A stretch of DNA of 64,000 nucleotides, from positions 1 through 64,000 of the IMG/VR virus record IMGVR_UViG_3300008012_000024; one strand, written 5' to 3'. This DNA comes from an uncultured virus (IMG/VR IMGVR_UViG_3300008012_000024) (lineage: Duplodnaviria; Heunggongvirae; Uroviricota; Caudoviricetes). The translations under genes and the position numbers were made by a program. How positions within the stretch are numbered: the first letter of the stretch is position 1; every line of letters begins with the position of its first letter. The notes under the pieces were generated by a model. It saw only the letters and a program-made list of their open reading frames with translations. It had not been told where the DNA came from and searched no databases. Positions 19,001 to 27,811 of the stretch are shown here, in pieces.

Positions 19001-21761
19001 CTTGAAGTCCTTGTAATCCCTGTAATCCCTGTAAACCTTGAAGTCCTTGAGTACCTTGATTACCTTGTAATCCCTGTAATCCTTGGAGACCTTGGACACC
19101 TTGAGTTCCTTGATTACCTTGTATACCTTGTAATCCTTGGAGACCTTGGAGACCTTGAGTTCCTTGAAAATTACTTAAAGGACCTTGAACACCTTGGAAT
19201 CCTTGAGATCCTTGAACACCTTGAAAATTACTTAAAGGACCCTGAAGTCCTTGCATTCCTTGTGTACCTTGGAAATTACTTATATTACCTTGAAGACCCT
19301 GAAGACCTTGAAGACCCTGAAGACCTTGAAGACCTTGAGCACTCTGGACACCTTGTAAACCTTGTAATCCTTGGAGACCTTGGAATCCTTGAGATCCTTG
19401 AACACCTTGAAAATTACTTAAAGGACCCTGAAGTCCTTGCATTCCCTGTAAACCTTGAAGTCCTTGAAATCCTTGACATCCTTGAGTGCCTTGGAAACCC
19501 TGTAAACCTTGAAGTCCTTGTAATCCTTGAAGTCCTTGTAATCCTTGAACACCCTGATTTCCCTGTGTTCCTTGGAAATTACTTAGATTACCTTGAAGTC
19601 CTTGTAATCCTTGAACACCCTGATGTCCTTGTAATCCCTGTAATCCTTGTGTTCCTTGAAAATTACTTAAAGGACCTTGAACACCCTGAAGACCTTGAAC
19701 ACCAGTAGGGTTAAATGAGATAGATAATCTCTCTGTATCATCAAAACTAGAAGAACCAGAAAGATAAGTAACATAAACCTCTAAGAATCTATGACTACCA
19801 GAAAATCCATTTATTGTTACATCTTCAACTTGAGTAACATAAAATATAACAGCTCCAGGATTGTTAGTTTCCGCTGATGAAATAGTTAAAGATCCTTTTA
19901 TAGTGTTTGTGAATGAAGGATCATCCCACCCGTTAATCCAATTAGATCTTGATACTCCATAATAATCTTGTACCGAAATAAAAATTCTATTAACTGATGC
20001 AATTGAAAGATTATTAAATTTTAGTGTTCCATTTGCGACTCGATATAAAATATTACTAATTCCACCTGGATCAAGTGGTCTCTGAGTTTCACTATCAAAT
20101 TCATAAGGTACACCATTAGGAAATCCAACAACACCCTGAGTTCCTTGAAAATTACTTAAAGGACCCTGAAGTCCTTGAAGTCCTTGGAGTCCTTGAACTC
20201 CTTGGAGTCCCTGAGTTCCTTGATTAGATTGTACACCTTGTAAACCTTGAGTTCCTTGGAAATTACCAACTACACCTTGTAGTCCTTGATTTCCCTGTGT
20301 TCCTTGATTACCTTGTAATCCTTGAGTTCCTTGAAAATTGCTAATTACACCTTGAAGTCCTTGAAGTCCTTGAAGACCTTGAGCACTCTGGACACCTTGT
20401 AAACCTTGTAATCCTTGAGTTCCTTGAAAATTACTTAAAGGACCCTGAAGTCCTTGAAGTCCTTGAAGACCTTGAGCACTCTGGACACCTTGGAATCCTT
20501 GTAAACCTTGTAAACCTTGAACACCTTGCCTTCCAATAGGAGCGAAGAAAAATGCAATCTTTGTATTTGCACCTATTGTACTAGTAGTATCTGTTAAAAG
20601 ATTGACAGTAAGTGTATAATAAGTATTAAAAGCACCCTGAGTACCAGCATTTACATCAGTAACTTCAAAAATATAAGAAATAGTTCCGTCTGGGGAAGAA
20701 GATTGTAAATGCAAATATCCTACAGTTGGTTTTGATCCTAAAATTTCCCAATCATCAAACCATGCAGTTTGATTCTTACCTACACTATCAATATTATCAA
20801 TGTATATTTTTGTTATATCTGCTGGAGTATTATTATCAAATCTAAAGTATCCATTACCAGGATCTCCCTGTGTTGTAGAAGTATTAAATCTCCATATTGT
20901 TCCACCACTATCACCTTTATTACCTTGCTCACCAATTAAACCCTGAACACCTTGGAATCCTTGTGCGCCTTGAGATCCTTTTGAACCTTGAAGTCCTTGG
21001 AAATTGCTAAGTACACCCTGAGCACCTTGGAGTCCTTGAGCACCTTGGAGTCCTTGAAATCCTTGTGACCCCTGAGAACCTTGTAAACCTTGAGCACCTT
21101 GGAGTCCTTGGGTTCCTTGAAAATTACCAAGTACACCTTGTAGTCCTTGATTTCCCTGTGTTCCTTGATTACCTTGTAATCCTTGATTTCCCTGTAATCC
21201 CTGATGTCCTTGTAATCCCTGTAATCCTTGTGTTCCTTGAAAATTACTTAAAGTACCTTGGAGACCTTGAGCACCTACGGTTCCAGTAATCGTTAATCTT
21301 TTATCACCATCAATGTTTTGTGTTGTAAGTGCAATACCAACACCAGCTACTATTTTTACAGTATCAAGACCTTCGGCTTCTAATGTATCTTGCCCATCAA
21401 CTTCCCAATATTTAAACGTACTATTAAGGGCAATTTGTACAGCACCATCACCCAAATCAGATACTGCAAATCCAGAATCAGTATCAAAACGTATTGCTTT
21501 TACATTTGTAATCTGATTACTAATTACACCATTCCCAGTTTCAGGGTCTATAGTTAATGTATCAATTGCACTAACTTCTATACCAACGTTCTCTAAGTTA
21601 GATCCATCACCATAATAATTTTGAGCATAGACACTAACTGCACTAACAATACCAGTATTACCATATACGGTAACACCTGTTCCAACCTTAAGATCATCTA
21701 TCTCTAAAAGAGATAGTTGCTCAGGCGGTTGATTTGTACTGTAGATATTAATTCTTGCCAT
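13047..21761 (-). CDS. giant 2904-aa tail fibre with collagen-like segments, pectin-lyase-like beta-helix and repeated beta and helical modules
   Basis: Three G-X-Q tracts; FVSINGDD...TIKGA...VFPGTYVEDNP; PYTRNCTNF; repeated ADYxxxTG...YPxG..GY.F...HTYVSGG. Confidence 0.85.
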   Translation of the reverse strand: MARINIYSTNQPPEQLSLLEIDDLKVGTGVTVYGNTGIVSAVSVYAQNYYGDGSNLENVGIEVSAIDTLTIDPETGNGVISNQITNVKAIRFDTDSGFAVSDLGDGAVQIALNSTFKYWEVDGQDTLEAEGLDTVKIVAGVGIALTTQNIDGDKRLTITGTVGAQGLQGTLSNFQGTQGLQGLQGHQGLQGNQGLQGNQGTQGNQGLQGVLGNFQGTQGLQGAQGLQGSQGSQGFQGLQGAQGLQGAQGVLSNFQGLQGSKGSQGAQGFQGVQGLIGEQGNKGDSGGTIWRFNTSTTQGDPGNGYFRFDNNTPADITKIYIDNIDSVGKNQTAWFDDWEILGSKPTVGYLHLQSSSPDGTISYIFEVTDVNAGTQGAFNTYYTLTVNLLTDTTSTIGANTKIAFFFAPIGRQGVQGLQGLQGFQGVQSAQGLQGLQGLQGPLSNFQGTQGLQGLQGVQSAQGLQGLQGLQGVISNFQGTQGLQGNQGTQGNQGLQGVVGNFQGTQGLQGVQSNQGTQGLQGVQGLQGLQGLQGPLSNFQGTQGVVGFPNGVPYEFDSETQRPLDPGGISNILYRVANGTLKFNNLSIASVNRIFISVQDYYGVSRSNWINGWDDPSFTNTIKGSLTISSAETNNPGAVIFYVTQVEDVTINGFSGSHRFLEVYVTYLSGSSSFDDTERLSISFNPTGVQGLQGVQGPLSNFQGTQGLQGLQGHQGVQGLQGLQGNLSNFQGTQGNQGVQGLQGLQGLQGLQGLQGFQGTQGCQGFQGLQGLQGMQGLQGPLSNFQGVQGSQGFQGLQGLQGLQGVQSAQGLQGLQGLQGLQGLQGNISNFQGTQGMQGLQGPLSNFQGVQGSQGFQGVQGPLSNFQGTQGLQGLQGLQGIQGNQGTQGVQGLQGLQGLQGNQGTQGLQGLQGLQGLQGLQGLQGLQGLQGLQGLQGLQGVIGNFQGTQGLQGNQGVQGLQGLQGVQSTQGTQGLQGPQGVQGTQGTQGVQGVQGVQGLQGNQGTQGLQGLQGVRSNFQGTQGTQGLQGPQGTQGLQGVQGTQGLQGHQGTQGLQGVQGTQGLQGIQGLQGTQGTQGLQGTQGTQGFQGVQGTQGLQGVQGIQGTQGLQGLQGPKGITQFEVDDTDEDVVLYPVMTNVTVGSTEVIEVSSEKLVFNPSSGSIGIGTSAITNTLTVVGTATATNYFGNGDTLSGIVTQIVPGIGIDIFETQVPGKGKVEVQSYKPVGRTIFVSINGDDNNTGLAENHPKRTIKGASSVALTNDTIKVFPGTYVEDNPVILNKIVSIEGTELRNCIITPKNPNQDLIYVNNGCHITDISFIGPEMTDGAAVVALQPLLGVATDRFFDAARMIRLNLDYIAKESVGFLTSGYSGFAGNHREQDAARLIDLNIDYIAAETVGFLTTAYVGSAGQPFVVTNSSGISTDPSNCEDDIKDILRSLSYDLKAGSNKKCVGAGLSYYDDGGTLLHIIGNDENGNSIQDATISAIQYAVGVTTYIIDNKDYKSQPGVTTYSQLAQNVSYSPILVGGGCTAVREKIRERVGIITNIIDNFNYATGITTIHGVRLESADCADDVGDIWRSVIYDITRGGNSKCVGAGKSYYDDDWNLAVGTLDNEKGEIEQTIATLDYSFDVARAIVNNSTWGGTVVGFGTTVVSADYDYSTGITTITATDHGLLKDDAVKIENLTYSCTSGSSGVPVGVITASYTNSTGITTIQTSGYLPISSGDRVKIEGLTFECVDGTDVYPDGNQGYEFTVQDVISSSSSSTTFIVNTGSTTYANPHTYVSGGQVSKLYTPVFTVDDADYDYLTGITTVTVTGTGPTGPYLFIEPGKRVKLGGLVFSCDQGQSVYPSGNNGYDFEVISTTDDRYVDAANLIKANRTEIIDKSLASIAISHPDFYYPNDVQTTRFSRFKDAYRLIQQNRTEIINSAWNTMQAGENPADSSTETKCKRDIGYFVDAVSTDVFTGGNSYSISFVKLYFNNGTPISNGLVGEEASSIDAFNAARDLMKQAITNQLTVTDLTITADPVTGDNQSSDSCANVQSAIDTLTSLVVVIIDAGNLDLLKTTYVNAGIFVAGENKCRRDIGFIVDALEKDIRYGTNKFIRESTRAYFDANGAPITNGLLGEESESITAFNSIRDYAKKAITNQLNVKDLTITADPLTGDNQDPSSCADVQTNIDNIIAIITTVISDGNLSNYPALYVSNKVEVNTGTTTKAHNYVNGGTLTSNYTSEIYPDGTFGYIFPVKDVLSDDVFEVVTGKTVLPHTYESGGTVKKVSNFQSEFTQVKDLSIQSDYKSGFNNTINSCTDVASAMRSCVGVVTNIVGLGSTAFSTIGFNTTYPGNRGEGFDHLSGISSAVYEKESGKTTLKALGYTPNVGDLVEIRDLLFSCSSGGSISTTRFPSGYFGYEFYVTKVHGDNSFDVYTGVSTIPHTYVSDGYVVNRSMNITQADYTHTTGIVTITSPGIKLRSGDLVTLRDMEFACSSGAATTTIYPSGNNGYAFRVLSADNENDTFTVNVGTSSVDHTYVVGGTVTPPYSRGVGNIVQGPYTRNCTNFIPNSIGMKVDGFEAEPGDLPDIGVTGTMSVDSYTQYNQGGIGVSITNGAYSQLVSIFTICNDTAIFTASGGQCDLTNSNSSFGRLGLVADGVGDETSKSIYRYTGISSGIAEVEQDTITVSGVGSYRPYDGQALYFGELYYTVQKIEVTDGGSGYIAPPIVTISDPEGPNGIVCEGSPNIDASGRVISVDIISAGSQYLTNPTVTFTGGGGVGAAATTIIYPLYYSIESATKPVAGISTIVLNQNLNNTVSAGTTVYFSRVSLQITSSHSFEWVGAGNNIFSAKPGLGGVVITENEVVMNNGGQVVYTSTDQAGNFKIGDQFTINQLTGTISGRAFSQSLLNTVTPLILAIG
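18415..21276 (-). repeat. three collagen-like Gly-X-Gln tracts (approx. 18415-19703, 20130-20535, 20910-21276) separated by two similar ~130-aa globular domains
   Basis: ccttg periodicity; spacers WRFNTSTTQGDPG..FRFDN and YEFDSETQRPLDPG..LKFNN. Confidence 0.9.
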
Positions 21762-21764
21762 GTT

Positions 21765-22652
21765 TTATTTCTTGTCGTATGTCCAACCAGCGATTGAATA
21801 TTCCGAATTATCACCTGGGTAATCATCTGGTGTGGTACCTTCGTACTCTATTATCATTTTACCCAATCTATCAGCCCAAACTTGATAATGACAATTAATT
21901 GTTGTTCCATTTCCAGATTTTACAATAATATTTTTACCCCATTCAATTTTTTCAACATAAAGATCTTGACTATGCCCTATTTGAGTAAGATTTACTGTGA
22001 TAGACTCTTTGTCAACTAAACCATCCCAATAATCGGGGAGAGTAATTACATTACTATTTAACAACTTTCCTCGAACGTATATTGCAGCTTCTGGACCCTC
22101 AACACATGCATGTCTTAACCTATAATTTGGTTTATTGGGGTGCTTTATATCAAAGGTTTTTTTACTATTTAAAGCTAATGGAAGATTACCAACTCCAGCA
22201 ACAAGAACAGCACCATTCAAATTGATAGTAGGTGCAGATATATCAACTTTACCACTACCATTCATAAGAACACTATTACCAGTTAAAGTAAGTCCCTTAG
22301 TTCCAGCTATTGCAGTTTTTGTACTTTTAACGGTTGTTGTGACTGAAACTACATCTAGGGTAGGACCCTCAATTCTAGTAGCACCATTTACGGATGTAGC
22401 GCCAACAATAGTAACTACACCTGTTAAATTAGATGGTCCTACAACTTCAACAGCTATTGGATTTGTGGTGTTAGACATCACATTAAGTGCTGCATTAACA
22501 ATTTTATTCATACCAGAACCGACAAAACATTGATATATGTTTGCACTTCCTGGTGGGATGAATGCTTGTGGTATGTTTAATGCAGCGCCAACAACTGGTG
22601 CTTTAACTTCTAAATAACTTGTCGAAATATCCGAAAAATTTGCTGATGACAT
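21765..22652 (-). CDS. tail spike/needle-like structural protein with C-terminal chaperone-like domain
   Basis: Beta-rich middle; KTFDIKHP...RLRHACVEGPE..IYVRG motif typical of T4-like cyanophage tail genes. Confidence 0.6.
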   Translation of the reverse strand: MSSANFSDISTSYLEVKAPVVGAALNIPQAFIPPGSANIYQCFVGSGMNKIVNAALNVMSNTTNPIAVEVVGPSNLTGVVTIVGATSVNGATRIEGPTLDVVSVTTTVKSTKTAIAGTKGLTLTGNSVLMNGSGKVDISAPTINLNGAVLVAGVGNLPLALNSKKTFDIKHPNKPNYRLRHACVEGPEAAIYVRGKLLNSNVITLPDYWDGLVDKESITVNLTQIGHSQDLYVEKIEWGKNIIVKSGNGTTINCHYQVWADRLGKMIIEYEGTTPDDYPGDNSEYSIAGWTYDKK

Positions 22653-22663
22653 AATATATTATT

Positions 22664-23275
22664 TTATTTTACTGTTCCTGTAGATCCACATGACTGGGAT
22701 AGACCCTTTAACAAAGATTCCCAATTTCCTTGAAGTAATGATGTAATCGATTTTGTCATTGATTGAGGAGGAAATTGTTCTAATAATCCCATTACATTTA
22801 CAAAGTTTTCTGTAACTATATTTACTCCACTAGTTCCATTTAGACATAATCTAGATGCAGCAATACGCACTTCCTTTGTTGAAGCTATGATTACATGCCC
22901 ATTTGAAGATACTAAAAAATTTCCTTGATTTTTTTCACCTGTTGTTTCGATATGAATATTTTTTGCTTTAAGATGTATATTTCCTCTTTCAGCATTAATA
23001 ATTAAATCACCGTTTTTGGCAACGATAGATCTTGCAATAGCTTCTTTTTTTGTTCCATCTATACTATGACCAGAAACTTCGTGCCATGCGTCTTGTATAT
23101 GTTCAACTTTAGATCCATCTTTATGATAAACACAGTGATTATTTGTTGATGTAATAATACAAAAATCTCTACCATCATCCTGTGATCCTGGTCCTATGGG
23201 ACCACAATGAACATAAGCATGTGGATTATTTGCAATTGTATAATCTGGTGCTGGATTTGATGGTGGTGTTGTCAT
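22664..23275 (-). CDS. gp5 C-terminal beta-helix-like protein
   Basis: IVAKNGDLIINAERGNIHLKAKNIHIE repeats; position in hub cluster; start at MTTPP. Confidence 0.55.
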   Translation of the reverse strand: MTTPPSNPAPDYTIANNPHAYVHCGPIGPGSQDDGRDFCIITSTNNHCVYHKDGSKVEHIQDAWHEVSGHSIDGTKKEAIARSIVAKNGDLIINAERGNIHLKAKNIHIETTGEKNQGNFLVSSNGHVIIASTKEVRIAASRLCLNGTSGVNIVTENFVNVMGLLEQFPPQSMTKSITSLLQGNWESLLKGLSQSCGSTGTVK

Positions 23276-25992
23276 CTTGAAATACAATCAATTACGGTTA
23301 ACAATTTATCTGTACCAATAGCATCCAATTCTTCCTGTTCAAGAGCAGAAATGGGTGTGAATTTAAGCACTGTTCTAAACTTAGCTCCTACTCCATTTCT
23401 ACTATTTATTGTAATATCTGGGAGAACTGTGTATCCTCTTGGTGATGATACAATTCTAATATCAACTATTTCACCATCTGGAGAAACTTCAAGTTCAAAC
23501 TCTGGTTGATCTTCAAGATCTCCATCTACTTCAACGGTATCTTCTTCATCATATCCAGTTCCAGTGCTAACAATTATAATTCTACTGATTTCAGAAACTA
23601 CTTGTGACGAATCTTCAGGAACTTGATCTTCATCAGGATCATCATCAATCGATGCAATTAATCCTGGTAGATTTATTATATTCTGATCTCTACCATCTCC
23701 GTCTTGATTGGAATCAGTTTCACCATCATCATCACCACCAGATGGTTCACCCGTTCCACCGCCACCTGTAGGTGAAGTACTGGTTGTACTACCAGTTGGT
23801 ACTTCATTACTTCCACCACCACCAGATGGAATTGGATTATTTGGATCACCAGTTGGATCATTATCTGGATCTGGGTCTGGATTTGGGTCTGGATTTGGAT
23901 CTGGGTCTGGATCACCAGTAGGATCTTCAACATCTGGATCGGGGTCTGGATCTGGATCGGGGTCTGGATCGGGGTCTGGATCTGGATCGGGGTCTGGATC
24001 TGGGTCTGGATCGGTACCTGGTACACCAGTTACATCCTCAGGATCATCGGAACCTGGGGGATCTGGTGGATCTGTAGGATCCTCGGGAACTGTAGGATCT
24101 TCTAATTTTGATACGATAATTTGAATTACTTCAACAGCAGTATTTTCAATAGATAAAGCTTTTGTATTTAATGCGGTAAGAATATAATACAATTCTTTGG
24201 TTGTTTCACCTTCAGCAAATTCGGTATCAAGTGGAATAACTAAAGATGCTGATCCATTAGGAACTAATCCACTGTATATTGTTTCAGATGTATCAGACTG
24301 TTGATTATAACTACCTAAAGAAACTTGAGTTGCATTACTAGTACTCCAAATAAACTTAACTGTGTTTCCTACAACAGAATCTTCTGGTTCTGCCGCAAAT
24401 GAGTCTATTGACGGTGGATCTGTATTGATAGGATCTCCAGGATCTCCTGGAACATCATTTTTAAATACCCTAACTGAGATATCATTTTTAGTTTCATTCT
24501 GTGGATGATCAGAAAAAGTTTTTATCGCTGTAAGTTGATATATTTTTTCAGTTTCATTGGAACCAGCAGGAAAATTAACATCATCTTCTGATATGTTTAT
24601 TGTACGACTTCCATTAGCAGGTAAATCTCCAAGACCTTGAACATTTAATCTTACTTTATCCGCATTTGATGTTTCCCATCTAATAGTTACTGTATTATTA
24701 ACTTCAACATCTCTTGGAACAGATTCTAAACTTCTAATTACTGGTTGAGGTCTAATTTGATTAGTATATCCAATTCCTGGATTTGTAATTACAACATCAG
24801 TTACTTCACCACCTTCCAAAATTGGATATCCATTTCCACCAACACCACATCCACCAGGATCTACAAAGGACATAAATGGAGTTGATTCATATTCATTTCC
24901 TGGATAGAACATATTAACACCAACAATTTCTCCAATGGCATTAACAACAGCTCCACCTACAGCTTGTGCTCCACCTCCACCAAAAAATTCAACCTGAACA
25001 CCACATTCAAAAGAACCACTATAACAACCACCTGGAGAAACATATCCACCCTGATTTTCTGGATCACCTTCTCCAAAGAAGTCATCCATCCACCCATTAA
25101 CAGATTTAGAGATACCTTCACTAAAACTAAAGTTATACCAATTATCAGTTTTAGTATTTTGTGGTCCACCAAATGGTCCAGCTGCAAATTCTTTTAATTC
25201 TTCATTACACTCTGGTTGTTCACATAAAAATCCTTCAAATCCCAATATAAAATTAATCGCCTGATAAACAGACCCCATAACTCTTGATACTGGAGCAAGT
25301 TCCTTATTGATTGAATCAAAAAAAGGTTTCATTGCTCTATCGATATCATTAAGAAGTTTATTTAATATTGCATTAACATAATTTTCAACAGAACAAAAAG
25401 GAACGTTTATAACTTTTCCTATAAATGAATATAAAAAATCTCCAACTAAATTAAATAATCCATCAATAATATCATCAAATTTACAAAATACTTTATCAAG
25501 TGTAATTGCCAGTTTTGACTTGGTCGTTTCTTTGGTTTGTGGAGGATTTGTTAAGTAAATTAAATAATCAATACCAGACTTGATCTTTCTAAGAACCCAT
25601 TCTCTAGATCTTTGAGTAATGCCCTTAAGAACTCCAACTATTTCTGATATTGTTGCTCTTATTTCGCTTTGTAAATTAGATACTGCCTTTATAGTTCCAT
25701 TAATATACTTATCTCCATATTTCTTCAACCCTCTAAGAAAAATAAAAAACTTTTTTAGTGAAACATATATATTTGCTGCATTATTTTTTCCACATGGAGC
25801 AGCTTTAACATGTGGAAGCTCACATAACTCTCTATATGAATCAAGAGCTAAAGTTCTACATACAGGTAATTTACTCGGATCAAAGTACCCATTTTCTTGT
25901 ATTATATTGATTTTTTCATTATTAGGAATTTTTACAGAATTACCTGTTAAATCATTATTAAGATAATCTGTTGGTATTCTACTTTTTGCCAT
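23272..25992 (-). CDS. baseplate hub-associated protein (cyanophage gp5 middle region) with two Ig-like inserts and Pro-Asp linker
   Basis: Cys-containing helical N-terminus, GGGG.GA..A.V...G.I repeats, WETSNA/WSTSNA Ig-like domains. Confidence 0.6.
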   Translation of the reverse strand: MAKSRIPTDYLNNDLTGNSVKIPNNEKINIIQENGYFDPSKLPVCRTLALDSYRELCELPHVKAAPCGKNNAANIYVSLKKFFIFLRGLKKYGDKYINGTIKAVSNLQSEIRATISEIVGVLKGITQRSREWVLRKIKSGIDYLIYLTNPPQTKETTKSKLAITLDKVFCKFDDIIDGLFNLVGDFLYSFIGKVINVPFCSVENYVNAILNKLLNDIDRAMKPFFDSINKELAPVSRVMGSVYQAINFILGFEGFLCEQPECNEELKEFAAGPFGGPQNTKTDNWYNFSFSEGISKSVNGWMDDFFGEGDPENQGGYVSPGGCYSGSFECGVQVEFFGGGGAQAVGGAVVNAIGEIVGVNMFYPGNEYESTPFMSFVDPGGCGVGGNGYPILEGGEVTDVVITNPGIGYTNQIRPQPVIRSLESVPRDVEVNNTVTIRWETSNADKVRLNVQGLGDLPANGSRTINISEDDVNFPAGSNETEKIYQLTAIKTFSDHPQNETKNDISVRVFKNDVPGDPGDPINTDPPSIDSFAAEPEDSVVGNTVKFIWSTSNATQVSLGSYNQQSDTSETIYSGLVPNGSASLVIPLDTEFAEGETTKELYYILTALNTKALSIENTAVEVIQIIVSKLEDPTVPEDPTDPPDPPGSDDPEDVTGVPGTDPDPDPDPDPDPDPDPDPDPDPDPDPDVEDPTGDPDPDPNPDPNPDPDPDNDPTGDPNNPIPSGGGGSNEVPTGSTTSTSPTGGGGTGEPSGGDDDGETDSNQDGDGRDQNIINLPGLIASIDDDPDEDQVPEDSSQVVSEISRIIIVSTGTGYDEEDTVEVDGDLEDQPEFELEVSPDGEIVDIRIVSSPRGYTVLPDITINSRNGVGAKFRTVLKFTPISALEQEELDAIGTDKLLTVIDCISR
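23860..24015 (-). repeat. (Pro-Asp/Asn)n coding tandem repeat
   Basis: tctggatcgggg-type 6/12-nt repeats encoding DPDPDP. Confidence 0.95.
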
Positions 25993-26498
25993 TATTTTCT
26001 AAAAAAACTCCTACTTGTACGAAATGGTGTTTGCTCTCTTTTTTCACCAGGTTTTTTTCCACTAATCATATGATACAGAGCTGGTTGCACACTTTTATAC
26101 CAATTTTTAGTCTTTTTAAATTCTGCACTTTTTTTCGATGTTTGATCACTTTCAGTTATTTCGTATGATGGATCACTTCTCCCCAAAACTCCTACTATCA
26201 AAGGTAATAGTTTTTCTGGATCAGTATTTAAAAATACTCCGACAACCCATTCACCACCAGTTATTCCAACACTCTTTCTATTTAGAGATCCATGACTAGT
26301 TGATCTCATGATCACTGCCCATTCCAACCCATCATCAGAAAGTTCAGAACCTAATGATGGGTGATAACCCAATATCCTAACTTTAACACGATCACCCCAC
26401 CCTTTAGGATTTTCAATATTAATTGTTTGTCCCAAGGGAACTTGACCTATGAACCATTTTAATGGTGCTTTTCCAACAAAATCTGGATTAAATGACAT
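25992..26498 (-). CDS. gp5: baseplate hub gp5 N-terminal OB-fold protein
   Basis: WFIGQV...RVKVRILGYH...LEWA...GEWVVGVFL. Confidence 0.7.
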   Translation of the reverse strand: MSFNPDFVGKAPLKWFIGQVPLGQTINIENPKGWGDRVKVRILGYHPSLGSELSDDGLEWAVIMRSTSHGSLNRKSVGITGGEWVVGVFLNTDPEKLLPLIVGVLGRSDPSYEITESDQTSKKSAEFKKTKNWYKSVQPALYHMISGKKPGEKREQTPFRTSRSFFRK

Positions 26499-27807
26499 TA
26501 GAAGTTGTCTCCGTATTTGTATATATTCCAGGTGTGTCCCGAACTATTCTTAAAGAAGTATATGAAGATCTAGGTCTAAAATCATGGCATAAATGAGTTA
26601 TAATATATTTACCACTATTTAATTCACTTTTGGTACCTTTATGTTTACTATCAAAAGAAATTTTCTGAAAAATACAATTTATAACATCACCAGCATGTAA
26701 TGCTAAATTACATGGAACTATTATATCAATCACGTGTGACATTAATAAATTATATCTCTGTATTGATCTTGATAGGTAGAATTTTTTATCATTCACAATA
26801 GATGAACTTATTCCAGGATTAGTGAATCCAGAATCTGCAAGTGAAAACACAGTTCTTGAAAAATTAACATTAGTTTTATCTTCATCATCATATAAAGCTT
26901 GAAAATCTATATTATTTCCAAGAGTACTATGTCCATAAGATGCTAATGGTACTTGTTTTTCAACATATCCAAAAGTACTCATATCAAAAGATGCTTCCTT
27001 TATCATAGAAATACCAGAGTACATATTACTCAAAACATTACTATTATTATGATAAACAGGTTCTTTTAATATCTTAAAATCATTTTTTCTATCATCAGTA
27101 TTGAACATTACATCTGTGTGCGTGTAAGTTGCAACAGGATCTGATTGAATGATACTATCAATTGATTTGTAGTTCATGCCATCTTGAGTCTCCCAGAAAA
27201 AATATCCAGGTCCACCCGTACTAGAGACAGATTTTTTCGCCATGGAAGTAATAATATCAAATGGTCTGTTACCATTCATACGAAAAGAATCACTATTACT
27301 TGTTTGATCTATAAAAACTTTTTCTGTTGGAAATCCCAACTCATCTGTTAATATTTTTTCAATAGAACTAGAAATAGTATTATGATAACTCTTAAAACTT
27401 TTGTGAGTTCCGTTTATAACTGAAGACTCTGAAAGTAAACTTAAAGTAACAGTTTCAGATTGACTGTCTTGAGAAATCGGAGTTGGATTTGAAACTCTAA
27501 ATGGAGTTGTCCTAAAATCTAAAAATCCAGATTCATTCTCAATAAAAAATTGTACAGATTCTTGTCCCTTACCAATAATTGGTAAACTATCTCGTAGTGT
27601 TCCAAGTCTTGTTTGAACATCAACATTAGAACTTGCTCTTACAAGATCTCCAACATCATAATATGTTAATGATGCTGTAAGTATTGGAGAAAAAATACTT
27701 TCATAATACTTAAATCCCAATGTTTTTGCTTCAATAGGAACTACCGTATTATCTTTTGGTCTTCCAATTAATATTTGTTTGTAGTGGGATGAATTACTAT
27801 ATGGCAT
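26488..27807 (-). CDS. baseplate hub protein (gp27-like)
   Basis: YYESIFSP, YFFWETQDG.NYKSID, SGKYIITHLCH motifs. Confidence 0.65.
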   Translation of the reverse strand: MPYSNSSHYKQILIGRPKDNTVVPIEAKTLGFKYYESIFSPILTASLTYYDVGDLVRASSNVDVQTRLGTLRDSLPIIGKGQESVQFFIENESGFLDFRTTPFRVSNPTPISQDSQSETVTLSLLSESSVINGTHKSFKSYHNTISSSIEKILTDELGFPTEKVFIDQTSNSDSFRMNGNRPFDIITSMAKKSVSSTGGPGYFFWETQDGMNYKSIDSIIQSDPVATYTHTDVMFNTDDRKNDFKILKEPVYHNNSNVLSNMYSGISMIKEASFDMSTFGYVEKQVPLASYGHSTLGNNIDFQALYDDEDKTNVNFSRTVFSLADSGFTNPGISSSIVNDKKFYLSRSIQRYNLLMSHVIDIIVPCNLALHAGDVINCIFQKISFDSKHKGTKSELNSGKYIITHLCHDFRPRSSYTSLRIVRDTPGIYTNTETTSNVI

Positions 27808-27811
27808 GTCT

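Noticed and set aside
11320..21276. CRISPR array or satellite in the ccttg repeats
   Set aside because: 9-nt coding periodicity of Gly-X-Gln, no unique spacers, no cas genes
23676..24124. GS-rich and IQT-rich ORFs
   Set aside because: Alternative frames of the (PD)n repeat
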